64,000 nt of DNA from positions 3,482,623-3,546,622 of the forward strand of contig NZ_JPON01000001.1 in the NCBI RefSeq assembly GCF_000733935.1, in the 5' to 3' direction. Of this stretch, positions 49,290-61,049 are shown piece after piece. The DNA is from Methylomarinum vadi. GTDB taxonomy: Bacteria > Pseudomonadota > Gammaproteobacteria > Methylococcales > Methylomonadaceae. The notes under the pieces are model-generated. The model searched no databases. It was given only the letters and a program-made list of their open reading frames with translations, and had not been told where the DNA came from. Each line of letters begins with the position of its first letter. Position 1 is the first letter of the stretch. Made by a program: the position numbers and the translations under genes.

Positions 49290-50480
49290 ATGAACACATT
49301 CCATCGATTGGACAACCTGGTTTCTGAAAACACCGCAGGAATTAAGATCTCCGCCATCAAAGAAATGGCGATGTTAAGCGCCAAGGTCGAAGACGCGGCC
49401 TCCCTGGCTTGGGGGCTGCCCTCATTTAGAACGCCGGAATACATCAGGCAGGGTGTTATCGAAGGCCTACAACACGATATCGATATCGGCAAATACGCCT
49501 TGCCGGACGGTTTACCGGAACTGCGTCGGCTGGTCGCCGAAAAGCACGAATTGGAAAACGCGGTCTCGGTCGACCCGGACCGGAATGTCATGATCACGGC
49601 TGGAAACATGCAGGGACTCAGTACGATTTTTCATGTCCTAACCGATCCCGGCGACGAAATCATTTTGACCGATCCTTGTTTCGCCTCGCATATTCAGCAA
49701 ATTAAACAATGCGGCGGCAAGCCCGTGTATTGGCCGCTGAATGAAGAAGACGGCTGGCGTTTGAATTTGGCAACATTGCCAAGCTTGATCACCGATAAAA
49801 CTAAGGCGATCGTGATTGTGTCGCCGTCCAATCCGACCGGAAAAATTTTCAGTAAAAGCGAACTGCTCGGGATCGGCCGCATTGCAAAACAAAAAGGCCT
49901 AATGATTCTGATCGACGATCCGTATTGTCATTTCACCTATGATCAGCGCGCTAAATATTTCAACCTGGCTGCCGAAAAAGAATTGACCGACCACATCGTC
50001 TATTGCTTTACCTTCTCTAAAGCCTATGCGATGAGCGGTTGGCGTCTCGGTTATATGATTTTGCCGGAACCTTTAAAAAAAGAGGCCGTTAAGGTTCACG
50101 ACCTGAACATGATCTGTACACCGAGGATATCCCAGGTTGCCGGCATCGTGGCCTTGCGCGGCAAACCGTTACATCTGCTCGAATTCGAAGCGATATTAGC
50201 TAAGCGCCGGGAATTGATCTGTGAACGCCTCGATGTAATGCCTCAGGTTTTTACATACAACAAGCCGGAAGGGGCGTATTACGTGTTCCCCAAAATTGTG
50301 GCCCAACATCGAGATTCCTATGAGTTCTCGCTACGTTTGTTAAACGAGGCCAAGGTTACCGTTACGCCGGGCAGTGCTTTCGGTCCTTCCGGAGAACATC
50401 ACGTCAGGATGGCTTATTGTGTTTCGGACGACATGATCAATCGTGCTTTCGACAGAATCGAAGTCTTATTCGGAATTTAA
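49290..50480 (+). CDS. PLP-dependent aminotransferase, class I/II
   Basis: FSKAYAMSGWRLGY (Schiff-base Lys); SPSNPTG; 396 aa. Confidence 0.85.
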   Translation: MNTFHRLDNLVSENTAGIKISAIKEMAMLSAKVEDAASLAWGLPSFRTPEYIRQGVIEGLQHDIDIGKYALPDGLPELRRLVAEKHELENAVSVDPDRNVMITAGNMQGLSTIFHVLTDPGDEIILTDPCFASHIQQIKQCGGKPVYWPLNEEDGWRLNLATLPSLITDKTKAIVIVSPSNPTGKIFSKSELLGIGRIAKQKGLMILIDDPYCHFTYDQRAKYFNLAAEKELTDHIVYCFTFSKAYAMSGWRLGYMILPEPLKKEAVKVHDLNMICTPRISQVAGIVALRGKPLHLLEFEAILAKRRELICERLDVMPQVFTYNKPEGAYYVFPKIVAQHRDSYEFSLRLLNEAKVTVTPGSAFGPSGEHHVRMAYCVSDDMINRAFDRIEVLFGI

Positions 50481-50581
50481 GAAAGCGTTCCAGTGCCAGA
50501 TCGAATACCTAATTTTGTCGCCTTTCGTGTTTCCACCAGATAAATCTCCTGTATGGCCGATTTAACCCTTTAATCGCCAGT

Positions 50582-50959
50582 TCAGCCTCTCGTTTGCAAA
50601 TATTTGTCGACAACGCCTTTTACCTTCGCAATGGTATAGGGCTTAGCGATAAAGCCTTTGCCGCCTAGTGCGACCGTGGTTTTGACATTGTCTATAGTGG
50701 CATTCGCACTGACGATGACGACGAATTGGTCCGGAATTTCCACTAAAATTTCCTTCATGACCTCGAAGCCGTTCATATCGGGCATTTCGACGTCCAGAAA
50801 AATAATGTCATAAAGCCCCAAATTGATTTGACGAATGGCATCATGGCCGCCGCCTGCTTCAAAGGTAATAATTCGCCGGCCCAGCCCCATTAACACGGAT
50901 CTGAGCAGTTTCCGCGCGGCCATATTGTCATCCACGATCAATGCCGAAATTGAATTCAT
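50582..50959 (-). CDS. Single-domain response regulator (CheY-like receiver)
   Basis: Acidic pocket plus phospho-acceptor Asp (IIFLDVEMPDMNG). Confidence 0.8.
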   Translation of the reverse strand: MNSISALIVDDNMAARKLLRSVLMGLGRRIITFEAGGGHDAIRQINLGLYDIIFLDVEMPDMNGFEVMKEILVEIPDQFVVIVSANATIDNVKTTVALGGKGFIAKPYTIAKVKGVVDKYLQTRG

Positions 50960-53003
50960 TTGTTATCTTTGTTGAATATTCTTGTAAGTCGGTTAATTTC
51001 GAGGCTATTTGTTGGAAATTTTCTTGTTCGAGATCGGATTCGATCGAGGCGGCGATTTTCCCCAAATCGGGGTGGCCATATCCGCCGGCGATTCCTTTCA
51101 ATTGATGGGACTGGGATTTTAGCTCTTGCCAGTTTTGGCCTCGATATTCGCGTTCCATGGTTGCGATTGTAGCGGGGAGGGCGCGTAAAAATTCCTGCAA
51201 AATTGCCTGAAAATCCGGGTCATTAAGATTGATCTCATTATTTATCGATGGCGGCGTTTTCAAGAAACGGTTGAGCGTGGTGAAAAATGCATCCAGTTCA
51301 ATCGGTTTGCTCAAAAAATCGTCGAAGCCAGCGTCGTGGCATTGCTGTTTGATGGTTACGGTCGCATTTGCGGTGAGAGCGATAATAGCGCCACCATAGC
51401 CCACGTTGCGCAGTAATTGGGTTGCTTCCAGCCCTCCCATGCCGGGCATCTGCATATCCATCAGAATCAGGTCGTAATTATTTTGCAGGGCTTTTTCCAC
51501 GGCATTATTGCCATTATCGACAATTTCGACGGAAATCCCGGCCTTAGTCAGGAACAGGGAAATCAATTGTTGATTGTTGAGGTTATCTTCTACCAGCAAG
51601 ACACTTCCCATCAGTCTTTCCGAACTGGTCCAGGGGTTGGTCTCCTTTTCCTGTTTGGGTAATTGCTCGAGATTGTATATCAAGGCATCATCCAACGCAT
51701 GAGACTTCAGGGTCAGCGTAAACTGACTGCCTTTTCCCGGAACGCTGTGCATGCTAATCGTTCCGCCCAACATTTCCGCCAGTTGTTTGGAGATGGCGAG
51801 TCCCAAGCCCGAACCGCCGTAATGACGGGTTGTCGAAGTATCCGCTTGCACGAATTTTTGAAAAAGTTTGGCCTGTTCTTGCAAGGGTATGCCAATACCA
51901 TTGTCGGTCACGATAAATTGGGTTTGGAGATCATCAATGGAATGGCGGATGGTGATCGTGATTTCGCCACGCTCGCTGAATTTGACGGCGTTGTAGCATA
52001 AATTCAATAATATTTGTTTTAGCCGCGTCGGGTCTGTTGTCAGTGTTTGCGGTAATGGAAAGCGGTAATAAATTTTAAAGTCCAATCCCTTTTCCTTGGC
52101 TTTTCCATGAATAATGGCGCCGATTTCATTCAATAAATGAAACGGGTCGGTGGCAAGCATTTCCAGTTCGAGCTTTCCGGCTTCGATTTTGGAGATGTCC
52201 AGGATATCTTTGATTATTCCAGAAAGGTGGTTCGAAGACTCCAGAATATCCTTAACGGCTTTATCTTGTTCTGTGTCGGACAGCTGGCCGTAACGAATAA
52301 GGTCGGCATAACCCAGAATAGCGGTCAGTGGTGTCCTGATTTCATGGCTGATATTGGCCAGAAATTGGCTCTTGGCCTGGTTGGCTTGCTCCGCGTCATT
52401 TCGGGCCTTTTCCAGTTCGGCCGTTCGTTGTTCGATAATTTCTTCCAGCTGTTTGTTATGCGCGCGTATGCAGCGATACAGCTCGAAATTTTCCAACATA
52501 TTAGTGGTGCTGAGGAGAATGACGTTAAGCAGGTTCAATGCATCGCCTTGTTCGATAGCGTGAAAAGGGTCGACGACTGCGACGAACATGCCCCTAATAC
52601 GAGAACGTGTCGATAACGGGTGCAGCAGGAGCGTTTTGTGATTTTGGCTGGATTCGAAGACAGCCTTTGTCTGGCTCAGGGCCCAGGCAAAAATGCCTTG
52701 TTCGATAAGATGATCGACTTCGTCCTGGATAAGAGCGGCAAGGCTGGATGGTTCGCAATAGCTTAAATTAAAACTGTGGTCTTGCTCGTCGATCAAGAAA
52801 AATGCCATGGCTTCGAACGTAAACAGTTCATTGAGTTGTTCACTGCATTCCCGCAAAATATGGTCGATGCCCATTTTCTGCTTGTCTGTTGGCTCGGCAG
52901 GGGGGGCATTGTAAGCCGATGGTGTCTTCATTCGATCTCTTAGTGTTTCAATGATCGGTTTTAGCGGTGATAATGCCGACGGCGTCTTGAAATTGTTGCT
53001 CAA
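50928..53003 (-). CDS. Hybrid sensor histidine kinase/response regulator with C-terminal Hpt domain
   Basis: H-box HEIRTPL, HATPase G-boxes, receiver [13 protein letters not shown], Hpt [11 protein letters not shown]. Confidence 0.85.
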   Translation of the reverse strand: MSNNFKTPSALSPLKPIIETLRDRMKTPSAYNAPPAEPTDKQKMGIDHILRECSEQLNELFTFEAMAFFLIDEQDHSFNLSYCEPSSLAALIQDEVDHLIEQGIFAWALSQTKAVFESSQNHKTLLLHPLSTRSRIRGMFVAVVDPFHAIEQGDALNLLNVILLSTTNMLENFELYRCIRAHNKQLEEIIEQRTAELEKARNDAEQANQAKSQFLANISHEIRTPLTAILGYADLIRYGQLSDTEQDKAVKDILESSNHLSGIIKDILDISKIEAGKLELEMLATDPFHLLNEIGAIIHGKAKEKGLDFKIYYRFPLPQTLTTDPTRLKQILLNLCYNAVKFSERGEITITIRHSIDDLQTQFIVTDNGIGIPLQEQAKLFQKFVQADTSTTRHYGGSGLGLAISKQLAEMLGGTISMHSVPGKGSQFTLTLKSHALDDALIYNLEQLPKQEKETNPWTSSERLMGSVLLVEDNLNNQQLISLFLTKAGISVEIVDNGNNAVEKALQNNYDLILMDMQMPGMGGLEATQLLRNVGYGGAIIALTANATVTIKQQCHDAGFDDFLSKPIELDAFFTTLNRFLKTPPSINNEINLNDPDFQAILQEFLRALPATIATMEREYRGQNWQELKSQSHQLKGIAGGYGHPDLGKIAASIESDLEQENFQQIASKLTDLQEYSTKITNEFNFGIDRG

Positions 53004-53805
53004 AATCGCTTAACAACGCATCGAGAATCGAAACGGAAAGTCCCAGTTCTTTCCAGGCCGCATTATTCAGTGGTGGTACTAAATGTTCTCCGCTACTGTT
53101 GCAATCGAGGGCCGTAATGATTAAATCGGCAACATGGATAAGGGCAACATCGACCTTGAATCTGTCGGCCGTGTTAGGAGTATGATGGTAGTTGACCGCA
53201 TAAATGATTTGCTCGGGCAGTTTCCACCGTTTAAGCAGTTGGCTGCCAACATGGGCATGGGTGAAACCCAAGATTTGTTTTTCCGTGCGATAAACTAATT
53301 GCTGTTGTGACCGGGCTGTTGCAAAAACGGTATTGATCTCCTCGGGCATCAGCATGAACATGATCAGGCTTCCGATATCGTGTAGTAGTCCCGAAACGAA
53401 AGCCCGTTCGATATTGAAGTCGCGGCGATAATTAGCCAGGATTCGAGCCACCACGCCGCAAGCGATACTGTGTTTCCAAAAAGACTCCATTGAGACGTAG
53501 GCATTGGGAATATTTTGGAACATTTCGAAAATAGATGTCGCTAGTGCGAGATCCTGCAACTGCTTTATTCCGACGACCGTCACCGCCCGGTTGAGCGAAT
53601 CGATCTTGGAAGGGTAACCGAAAAAAGCGCTATTGACCAATTTCAGTAGTCTGACAGAAAGACCGACATCCTCGCTGATAATGGTGACAAAATCTTGATT
53701 GGAACTGGCCGGGTTATTGGCTGTTTCAACCAGTTTTAAATAAATAGTAGGCAATGAAGTGATCGTCAGAACCTTGTCGGCCAGTTTTTCGGGAGTCCAA
53801 TTCAT
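52948..53805 (-). CDS. HDOD-domain signalling protein
   Basis: Degenerate HD-like fold typical of HDOD (AFVSGLLHDIG). Confidence 0.65.
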   Translation of the reverse strand: MNWTPEKLADKVLTITSLPTIYLKLVETANNPASSNQDFVTIISEDVGLSVRLLKLVNSAFFGYPSKIDSLNRAVTVVGIKQLQDLALATSIFEMFQNIPNAYVSMESFWKHSIACGVVARILANYRRDFNIERAFVSGLLHDIGSLIMFMLMPEEINTVFATARSQQQLVYRTEKQILGFTHAHVGSQLLKRWKLPEQIIYAVNYHHTPNTADRFKVDVALIHVADLIITALDCNSSGEHLVPPLNNAAWKELGLSVSILDALLSDFEQQFQDAVGIITAKTDH

Positions 53806-54140
53806 CGATTGTTTGTCCCCCGGTTTTTCAGGTTGTTTTTGGCGCTGATACGAAACAATTCATTGATCAATGGCTGTTTCATATCGCAGTGTTGAAATTT
53901 TACCCGGGATTTATCGAGGGCCCGTTTGATCTCATCGGCTGAATAATCCTGCTTGGGTTGGACGGAGTTATCCTCGCCGGTTGTAATTTCGACGTTATTG
54001 ATTCCCCAGGTCTTAAAAACTTTAATGTGGTTCTCGTTGAGTTGGGCTCCGGCCTTCAAGAGAACACGACCGTTGGCATGTTCGGCATCTTTCGCCAAGA
54101 CCATGCCTGGAACCAGGTCTTTGGTATTGATTTTAGCCAT
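53802..54140 (-). CDS. Stand-alone DUF3391-like domain protein (the N-terminal domain type of HD-GYP proteins)
   Basis: DLVPGMVLAKD... resembles the N-terminus of the adjacent HD-GYP protein (LRIGMFVCELD). Confidence 0.4.
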   Translation of the reverse strand: MAKINTKDLVPGMVLAKDAEHANGRVLLKAGAQLNENHIKVFKTWGINNVEITTGEDNSVQPKQDYSADEIKRALDKSRVKFQHCDMKQPLINELFRISAKNNLKNRGTNNR

Positions 54141-54301
54141 TGTGATTTAACCGTCGTTTTGGTTTTGCATCTTGATATGGTTCCACCCTGAAGGAGCGTT
54201 GCAAAGGTTGGGCGTTCAATGTCACCATAACGGACAAACTGGCTGGCCAAGGCCGTATATGGATTGAATGACCCGGCAATTACTTATTTTCGGATCTCGA
54301 T

Positions 54302-55519
54302 TCAGGCCGAAAGATGTTGAACCAGTATGCCTTCCTCATGGTACTCGAGTAAATTCAGGTCGTAGGCGTCATGTTTAATCACTTTGAACAATTTATATGG
54401 CTTGCCGTGCTGGTCCAGTGCCCCAGGGGAAGCCAGATCGATCAGTTTTGGCATCACGGGTTGTTTCTGTTCATCCAGCAATAACAGGACTTTAGGTTTG
54501 GTTTTTTGGTGCGGATTGCTTTCGATGACCAAGGCGATCTCGCCGTTCGTCATTTCGACCGGGCAGCCGACCGGATAAATGCCGATACATTCGATAAATT
54601 GCATGACCAGTTTGCTATCGAAATGTGTTCCGCGTCCTTTGATCAAGATTTCGATGGCGTCCAAATGAAGCTTGCCTTTTTGATAAACCCTGTCGCTGGT
54701 GACGGCGTCATAAGTATCGACAATCGAAACGATTCGGGTAAAAGCGGTAAGCTCGGTGCTGACCAAGCCTCTGGGATAACCGCTGCCGTTGAGGCGTTCA
54801 TGATGGGAATAAGCCACTTCAATTGCATCCTGCTCGACTCCTGGTGTGTTAAGCAGGATATCCCGGCCTAATTGTGCATGGCTTTTCATGACTTCCATTT
54901 CCCCAGCGTTTAGTGCGCTTTCCTTATTGAGGATTGCCAAGGGGATTTTGGATTTTCCCATGTCATGCAGCAGGCCGCACATTCCCAGTTTATTTAACTT
55001 GTCCTCGGATAGTTTAAGCTGCTTGCCTAACAGAATCGATAAGATACACACATTCAGACTGTGCTGAGTCGTGTATTCGTCCATGCATTTCAACTGGGTT
55101 AACAATTGCATCGTGTCGGAATTGTCCAACACTTTATTGACGCAATCGGAAACCGCTTCCTTGGCTACCCGTGTGTTAAGTTGATTGCCGAACCGCAAGT
55201 CGTCCATGACATTTTTGACCAAGTTATTGGTCGAACGGTAGGTGTCGGAAGCTTGTGAAAACGCCTTGTAAAAAGCAACGCGGTCGGATTCCTTCGTTAT
55301 GCGGGTAGGAATGGCGCCGTATTGCTGTTTCTGCTTTTGCACATCGATCGAAACATAGGTACAACAATTACGCAGCTGTGCGATTTGTTCGCGCGAATGA
55401 ATGATAAAGCCTTGCTTATATGCGCTAAAAGGAGACTGTTCCCAAGGAATATCCAATTCGCAGACGAACATGCCGATGCGCAGTTCTTGTACGTTGATTC
55501 TGGTCGCGTTGTCTTTCAT
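54302..55519 (-). CDS. HD-GYP c-di-GMP phosphodiesterase
   Basis: HD motif LLHDMGK and HHERLNGSGYP (GYP). Confidence 0.85.
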   Translation of the reverse strand: MKDNATRINVQELRIGMFVCELDIPWEQSPFSAYKQGFIIHSREQIAQLRNCCTYVSIDVQKQKQQYGAIPTRITKESDRVAFYKAFSQASDTYRSTNNLVKNVMDDLRFGNQLNTRVAKEAVSDCVNKVLDNSDTMQLLTQLKCMDEYTTQHSLNVCILSILLGKQLKLSEDKLNKLGMCGLLHDMGKSKIPLAILNKESALNAGEMEVMKSHAQLGRDILLNTPGVEQDAIEVAYSHHERLNGSGYPRGLVSTELTAFTRIVSIVDTYDAVTSDRVYQKGKLHLDAIEILIKGRGTHFDSKLVMQFIECIGIYPVGCPVEMTNGEIALVIESNPHQKTKPKVLLLLDEQKQPVMPKLIDLASPGALDQHGKPYKLFKVIKHDAYDLNLLEYHEEGILVQHLSA

Positions 55520-55948
55520 TTCGGTTTGCAGGCGGTAATTGTTCGGTCTGAGAAGCCGTTATGGTTCAAAATTTAGTCTGGCGCCTTGATGACATCTCTT
55601 TCATTGCCGAACAGGAGTCTCTCGACACAATAAATATAGACCAAAAACGATCGCGACAGTGGTATCAGCTAGAGACTTTTAACCCCAAGAATAAACGATG
55701 GTTAGCCAGGCAACGTGATTATCCCTAATCGTAGCTCAAAATTTGGCGCCGAGATGCCTGTCAAAGGACGCCGTGAATAAGTCCATTTAGGCTCTATGCC
55801 AGCATTCATGCTGGCAAAGCCTTTGCCGAACACCCCGGCGCCTCTTTAGATATTGCCGAAAATTGAAGTGCGATAAGTATAACCAGGATTCTCGCGGCTA
55901 TGATGATCGGCGCGAGAATCTGTTGGGATGAGCCGCGGTCTGCGTGAC

Positions 55949-56593
55949 TTAAAGTTTTGCCTTCACCAGTTGATATATTTCTTCGCTGGCAATGTCGGCA
56001 CCGTTGAGGATTTTTTCCAGCTCCGTAATTTTGGCATCGGCGAATTCCCGATCTTTCATGCTGCCGGCATTGATATAGACATTCAGGGCGGCGCTTTTCA
56101 GGGCTGCATAGCCGGCCATGACCGCTACGCCGGCGTCGCTGATGACTCCGAGATTGCCCTTGTCGGCGGCAATGCGGCTCAGTTCGATGGCTTCTGCGCA
56201 CGCTTTGGCGCATTCCAACGGCACGTCCGTCGCTTCCTTCAGAACGGCTTGAATCCGCGCGCTTCTGGTGGTTTTTTCCTCTTCGCTGTCTTTTGGCAGG
56301 CCGTAGCAGGCCATCAATTTATTGAAGACATCGACGTCTGCCTTGATCATGTCGGTAAGTTTGGCGCGTAGCGCTTCCGATTTTGCCAATAGCGAGCGCA
56401 TTTCGTTTTCCACTTCGGCATATTTCGGCTTGCCAATGGTCAGGTTACAGACCATGCCGGTCAAGGCGGCCGATTGCGCGCCCATCACGGCCGCGGCGCT
56501 GCCGCCGCCAGGCGTTGCCGCCTTGCTGGCCAAGGCATCGAGAAAAAGGGCTATCGATTGATCTTTGATTTCGCTCATGGTCGAATTATCCAA
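55949..56593 (-). CDS. fchA: Cyclodeaminase/cyclohydrolase-family protein, likely methenyl-H4F cyclohydrolase FchA
   Basis: ~210-aa all-helical protein; the N-terminus LASKAATPGGGSAAAVMGAQSAAL matches FTCD_C/FchA. Confidence 0.6.
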   Translation of the reverse strand: MDNSTMSEIKDQSIALFLDALASKAATPGGGSAAAVMGAQSAALTGMVCNLTIGKPKYAEVENEMRSLLAKSEALRAKLTDMIKADVDVFNKLMACYGLPKDSEEEKTTRSARIQAVLKEATDVPLECAKACAEAIELSRIAADKGNLGVISDAGVAVMAGYAALKSAALNVYINAGSMKDREFADAKITELEKILNGADIASEEIYQLVKAKL

Positions 56594-56602
56594 TAGTTGA
56601 AA

Positions 56603-57988
56603 TTAACTTTCCCGGCGCCAAGTGGTTTTACCTCCAGGCGCATCCTCAAGCACGATGCCTTGAGCTTTTAGCTGGTCGCGGATTTGGTCTGCCTGGCTCC
56701 AGTCCTTGTTTTGCTTGGCTGTGGCGCGTTCCTCGATCAGGGACTTGATTTCGTCTTCCGTCAAGCCGGCTTCATGGCTGCCGCCTTGCAGGAATGTATC
56801 GGGGGCCTCCTGCAAAATCCCCAGGATGGAACCTAGCGACTTTAAGGTGAAAGCCAGGTTTCGGACTCTTTCCGGATCGTCTTTCGATTTGTTCAGTTCG
56901 CGGGCGAGGTCGAACAACACGGCTATCGCTTCCGGCGTGTTGAAGTCGTCGTTCATGGCTTGCTCGAAATCGGCCTTATAGGCCTTGTCGATTTTGCCGT
57001 CGGCGCTTTCTATGCCGCGCAATGCCGTATACAGGCGGGTCAATGCCGCATTGGCCTCGTCCAGGTGTTCATCGGAATAGTTCAGCGGGCTGCGATAATG
57101 GCTGGTGAGAATAAAGAAACGGATGATTTCCGGACGGTACTGTTTCAATACCTCGCGAACAGTAAAAAAATTGCCCAACGATTTGGACATTTTTTCCTCG
57201 TTGACCCGCACGAAACCGTTATGCATCCACAAGTTGACGAATTTCTCGCCGGTCGCTCCCTCGGATTGGGCGATTTCGTTTTCATGGTGCGGAAACTGCA
57301 GATCCATGCCGCCGCCGTGAATGTCGAAATGGTTGCCCAGGCAGCAGGTCGACATCGCGGAACATTCGATATGCCAACCGGGCCGGCCGTTGCCCCACGG
57401 CGACTCCCAATATGGTTCGCCGGGCTTGGCCATTTTCCACAAAGCGAAGTCCAATGGGTCGCGTTTGGCCGAATCCACCTCGACGCGTTCGCCGGCCTGC
57501 AATTCCGCGATATTCTTGCCGGACAGACGGCCGTAGTTGTCGAATTTGGCGACCGAATAAAACACGTCGCCGTTGCTGCCGACATAGGCGAGGTCGTTAG
57601 CGATCAGTTTTTCGATCATGGCGATGATGCTGTCCATCGATTGCGTGGCTTTCGGCTCGATGTCCGGCGGCAATACCGACAGTGCGCGTTCGTCCTCATG
57701 CATCGCATCGATGAAACGTTCGGTTAATCGGCTGAAATCCTCGCCATTCTCGTTGGCCCGTTGGATGATTTTATCGTCGATGTCGGTGACATTGCGAACA
57801 TAGGTCAGGTCGTAACCTAAATATCTGAAATAGCGCGCCACCGTGTCGAAAACGACCATGACGCGGGCGTGGCCGATATGGCAATAATCGTAAACCGTCA
57901 TGCCGCAAACATACATACCCACTTTGCCGGGCACTCTGGGAGTAAAGGTTTCTTTGCTTCGAGTTAAGGTGTTATAAATTTTCAGCAT
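56603..57988 (-). CDS. cysS: Cysteine--tRNA ligase
   Basis: HIGH (HIGHARV) and KMSKS (KMSKSLGN) motifs; zinc-binding Cys residues; 461 aa. Confidence 0.95.
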   Translation of the reverse strand: MLKIYNTLTRSKETFTPRVPGKVGMYVCGMTVYDYCHIGHARVMVVFDTVARYFRYLGYDLTYVRNVTDIDDKIIQRANENGEDFSRLTERFIDAMHEDERALSVLPPDIEPKATQSMDSIIAMIEKLIANDLAYVGSNGDVFYSVAKFDNYGRLSGKNIAELQAGERVEVDSAKRDPLDFALWKMAKPGEPYWESPWGNGRPGWHIECSAMSTCCLGNHFDIHGGGMDLQFPHHENEIAQSEGATGEKFVNLWMHNGFVRVNEEKMSKSLGNFFTVREVLKQYRPEIIRFFILTSHYRSPLNYSDEHLDEANAALTRLYTALRGIESADGKIDKAYKADFEQAMNDDFNTPEAIAVLFDLARELNKSKDDPERVRNLAFTLKSLGSILGILQEAPDTFLQGGSHEAGLTEDEIKSLIEERATAKQNKDWSQADQIRDQLKAQGIVLEDAPGGKTTWRRES

Positions 57989-58116
57989 GGTCGCGACAAA
58001 ATTTTGATGGATTTAGCCAAAACGGTAAAAAACCGAGCAATTTACCAAGTTTTTGACTTCTCTTTCAAGGAAAAAACCAATAGAATCGTTCTTTTGCATC
58101 GTAACTAGGAAAAACT

Positions 58117-58698
58117 ATGACCAGGATCCTTTTTTCCCTGATGCTACTTATCTTACCAACTCTTTCATTCGCTACGGAAAATAAAATGTCGGATAGTCAA
58201 ACAAAAGTAAAACTAACCACCACGATGGGTGACATTGTCATCGAGTTGAATGCCGAAAAAGCGCCGATTTCCTCGGAAAACTTTTTGGCCTATGTTCGCG
58301 ACGGATTTTACGACGGCACCATATTCCATCGCGTCATTCCCGGTTTCATGGCGCAAGGCGGCGGCTTCGATACCGATTTCCAACAGAAGGAAACCCGTGC
58401 CGCCATTAAAAATGAAGCGGACAACGGCTTGAAAAACGAGCGCGGGACCATTGCCATGGCGCGTACGCCCGACCCGGATTCGGCCACCGCCCAGTTCTTC
58501 ATCAATTACAAAGACAACAGCTTTTTGAACTACACCAGCCCAACGCCAAACGGCTGGGGCTACGCGGTATTCGGTGAAGTGGTCGAAGGTATGGATGTGG
58601 TCGATGAAATGGCCGGCGTGCCGACCGGAAACAATGGCATGCACCAAGATGTGCCGAAAACCAATATCGTGATCGAAAAGGCCGTCGTGCTGGAATAA
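58117..58698 (+). CDS. ppiA: Periplasmic cyclophilin-type peptidyl-prolyl isomerase
   Basis: Signal peptide plus cyclophilin motifs [13 protein letters not shown] and SQFFI-type. Confidence 0.9.
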   Translation: MTRILFSLMLLILPTLSFATENKMSDSQTKVKLTTTMGDIVIELNAEKAPISSENFLAYVRDGFYDGTIFHRVIPGFMAQGGGFDTDFQQKETRAAIKNEADNGLKNERGTIAMARTPDPDSATAQFFINYKDNSFLNYTSPTPNGWGYAVFGEVVEGMDVVDEMAGVPTGNNGMHQDVPKTNIVIEKAVVLE

Positions 58699-58851
58699 GG
58701 TCTCCACCCATAGGCAGCGTTCTTCAAAATTCGGCCCCTCAATATCTTCGTCTTCCGGGAGAAGGCCGGATGAGAGGAGCTCAAGAAAAACTTTGAAGCA
58801 CGAACAGTTTAACCCGCGGAAGGGCGGCTGCGATGCTGCTCTTTCGCCTCG

Positions 58852-59595
58852 ATGATAGCGACGCCCTTGCAACAGGAAATCATCTTCATCTCCGATTTAC
58901 ATATCTCGCTGGAAAAAAAGGAAATCACCCGCCGCTTCCTCTCGTTTCTCGAGCACCGAGCCGGTCGGGCCAAGGCGCTTTACATTCTCGGCGATCTGTT
59001 CGACGCCTGGATTGGCGACGATGACAACACACCGCCGAACAAAGCGATTAAACGGCGGCTGCAACACTTGAGCGCCAACGGAACGCGGGTTTTTTTACAG
59101 CTGGGAAACCGGGATTTTCTCTTGGGCCAGCGCTTTGCCGAGGAAACCGGGGTCGTTCTGTTGGAGGATTATCATGTCATCGATTTATTCGGCAGCAAGA
59201 CCTTGCTAACTCATGGCGACTTGTTATGCACGGATGATATCGCCTATCAGGCATTTCGGGCCAAGTCGCGCACCCCCGAATGGATCGGCAATGTATTGTC
59301 CAAGCCGTTGTTGCTGAGATTGCTGGCGGCGCGCTGGTATCGCTTCCGCAGCCATTTTCACAAGCGCAAGAAATCGCAGGAGATCATGGACGTCAATCAA
59401 CAGACGGTCGTCGAAGCGATGCGGCATCACGGCTGCAATCGCTTGATTCACGGCCATACCCACCGGCCAGCGGTGCATGAATTTCTGATCGATGGCCAGC
59501 GGGCGCAACGCTTCGTCCTGGCCGATTGGAGGAAAAAGTCGGCCGAAATCCTCTGCTGGACCCCCGACGGGTTCACTCGCGAAAAGCTGGTTTAA
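58852..59595 (+). CDS. lpxH: UDP-2,3-diacylglucosamine diphosphatase LpxH
   Basis: Metallophosphoesterase motifs FISDLHIS, GDLFDAW, GNRD, THGD; synteny cysS–ppi–lpxH. Confidence 0.85.
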   Translation: MIATPLQQEIIFISDLHISLEKKEITRRFLSFLEHRAGRAKALYILGDLFDAWIGDDDNTPPNKAIKRRLQHLSANGTRVFLQLGNRDFLLGQRFAEETGVVLLEDYHVIDLFGSKTLLTHGDLLCTDDIAYQAFRAKSRTPEWIGNVLSKPLLLRLLAARWYRFRSHFHKRKKSQEIMDVNQQTVVEAMRHHGCNRLIHGHTHRPAVHEFLIDGQRAQRFVLADWRKKSAEILCWTPDGFTREKLV

Positions 59596-59951
59596 CGTTA
59601 TCCGGCGGATGAACGTGTATCATCGGGATAATTGAGTCCTAACGAATAAGGTTAGATTGTAATCGCGGAGCGAGCCACAATCTGAACCGTTTGTTGGACA
59701 AGCCCGGTATTCGGAGGGAGCGTTATATAAGAAAATAGCTTTTCGAAGGATTGGGGGATGTGTTGGCCCATTTCAAGCGTTGACGTCGATAAACGGGCTG
59801 AAATGGGCGTGATGCTGATCATCACACCCGGAATTTCGGATTTTAGCGGCATTTTGCCCTGAATTCAGACCGAACGAAAGCCTCGGTGCTAAAATGCCCG
59901 ATGATCGGTTTGGGTCAGTGAGAAATGCCGCTTACATAACCGGTTTTGCCT

Positions 59952-61049
59952 CTACGCTTTGGTCGAATTCAATGCCATGACAGCCGAAGAACCGAGAATG
60001 CGCGTTTTGATAATCTGCAGGGTTCCACCACAACATGGGCATTGGAGTTTCGGGCGGGGCCTGAGCCAAGCGATAGCACGATTGGGATTGACGCCGAGCA
60101 AGACTTGCAGCAGACGAATCAGCCGTTTGCTGTTGGGGTGCAAAAAGCCGAAGTTGCGAGTCCGCCTAAAGCCTTTGGGCAGAACATGGCGGAGCATCAG
60201 CCACAGAAACTTCACGCCGGGTAGTGTTCGAGTCTGCCACTTTTTGGTTTTGCTGTCCTGGTAACGGAAGGTTACTTGGCCATCTCGGCAGGCAATAATG
60301 TCCTTTTCCTGGATAACGCCCTTATAGAGATAACGTCCCAGATAAACCAAGGCTTTATCGCCGCGTCCGACCGACTTGACGTCAACGACCCATTGTTGCG
60401 GATAGTAGTCAGGCAATGTCAAACCGGCCTGCGAGATCGCTTCAAGCAATTTGGCCCGAAACACTTTGGCCACTGCCTTGTGATTGAACAAATAGCCTTT
60501 CCGGCCCTTTTTACCCTGTTTGGTGCGCCACAGTCGTTTATCAGGATCGATGGCGGCCGCCGGCATCACCAAGTGTACATGCGGATGGTAATCCAATCGG
60601 CGGGAATGGGTATGCAACACAGCAATAGCACCGGCATTGCCCTGAAGCTGTTGATCGTTGCGGGTGAAGGTGTTGACGGTATCCCAACTACAGCGGATCA
60701 GCAGATCATACAACGTACGTTGCTGTTGCCAGGCCAACGGCCTGAGTTCTTTGGGCAAAGTAAACGTCAGCAAAAAATATTCGGCCGGCACCTGCTTCTG
60801 CAACTGCCTTTCCAGCCATTGTTGCGATTCGTGCGACTGGCAATGCGGGCAGCTGCGATGGCCGCAGGAATGCGGCACCAAGCGTTGCCGATCGCAATCA
60901 TCGCATTGCGCCAACATCACAGGGCCTTGCGACGTGCGGCAGTGTTTCATCGCGGCCAGCGCCTGACGCTGACTGGGTGACAAGCGACCCTGGTAAGCGA
61001 CCAGAAACTCGGCTTCGAAGGTTTGGATGATGGCGGAAAGCAAGATCAT
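59952..61049 (-). CDS. IS91-family HUH/Y2 transposase (copy 2)
   Basis: Identical to 35416..36513. Confidence 0.85.
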   Translation of the reverse strand: MILLSAIIQTFEAEFLVAYQGRLSPSQRQALAAMKHCRTSQGPVMLAQCDDCDRQRLVPHSCGHRSCPHCQSHESQQWLERQLQKQVPAEYFLLTFTLPKELRPLAWQQQRTLYDLLIRCSWDTVNTFTRNDQQLQGNAGAIAVLHTHSRRLDYHPHVHLVMPAAAIDPDKRLWRTKQGKKGRKGYLFNHKAVAKVFRAKLLEAISQAGLTLPDYYPQQWVVDVKSVGRGDKALVYLGRYLYKGVIQEKDIIACRDGQVTFRYQDSKTKKWQTRTLPGVKFLWLMLRHVLPKGFRRTRNFGFLHPNSKRLIRLLQVLLGVNPNRAIAWLRPRPKLQCPCCGGTLQIIKTRILGSSAVMALNSTKA

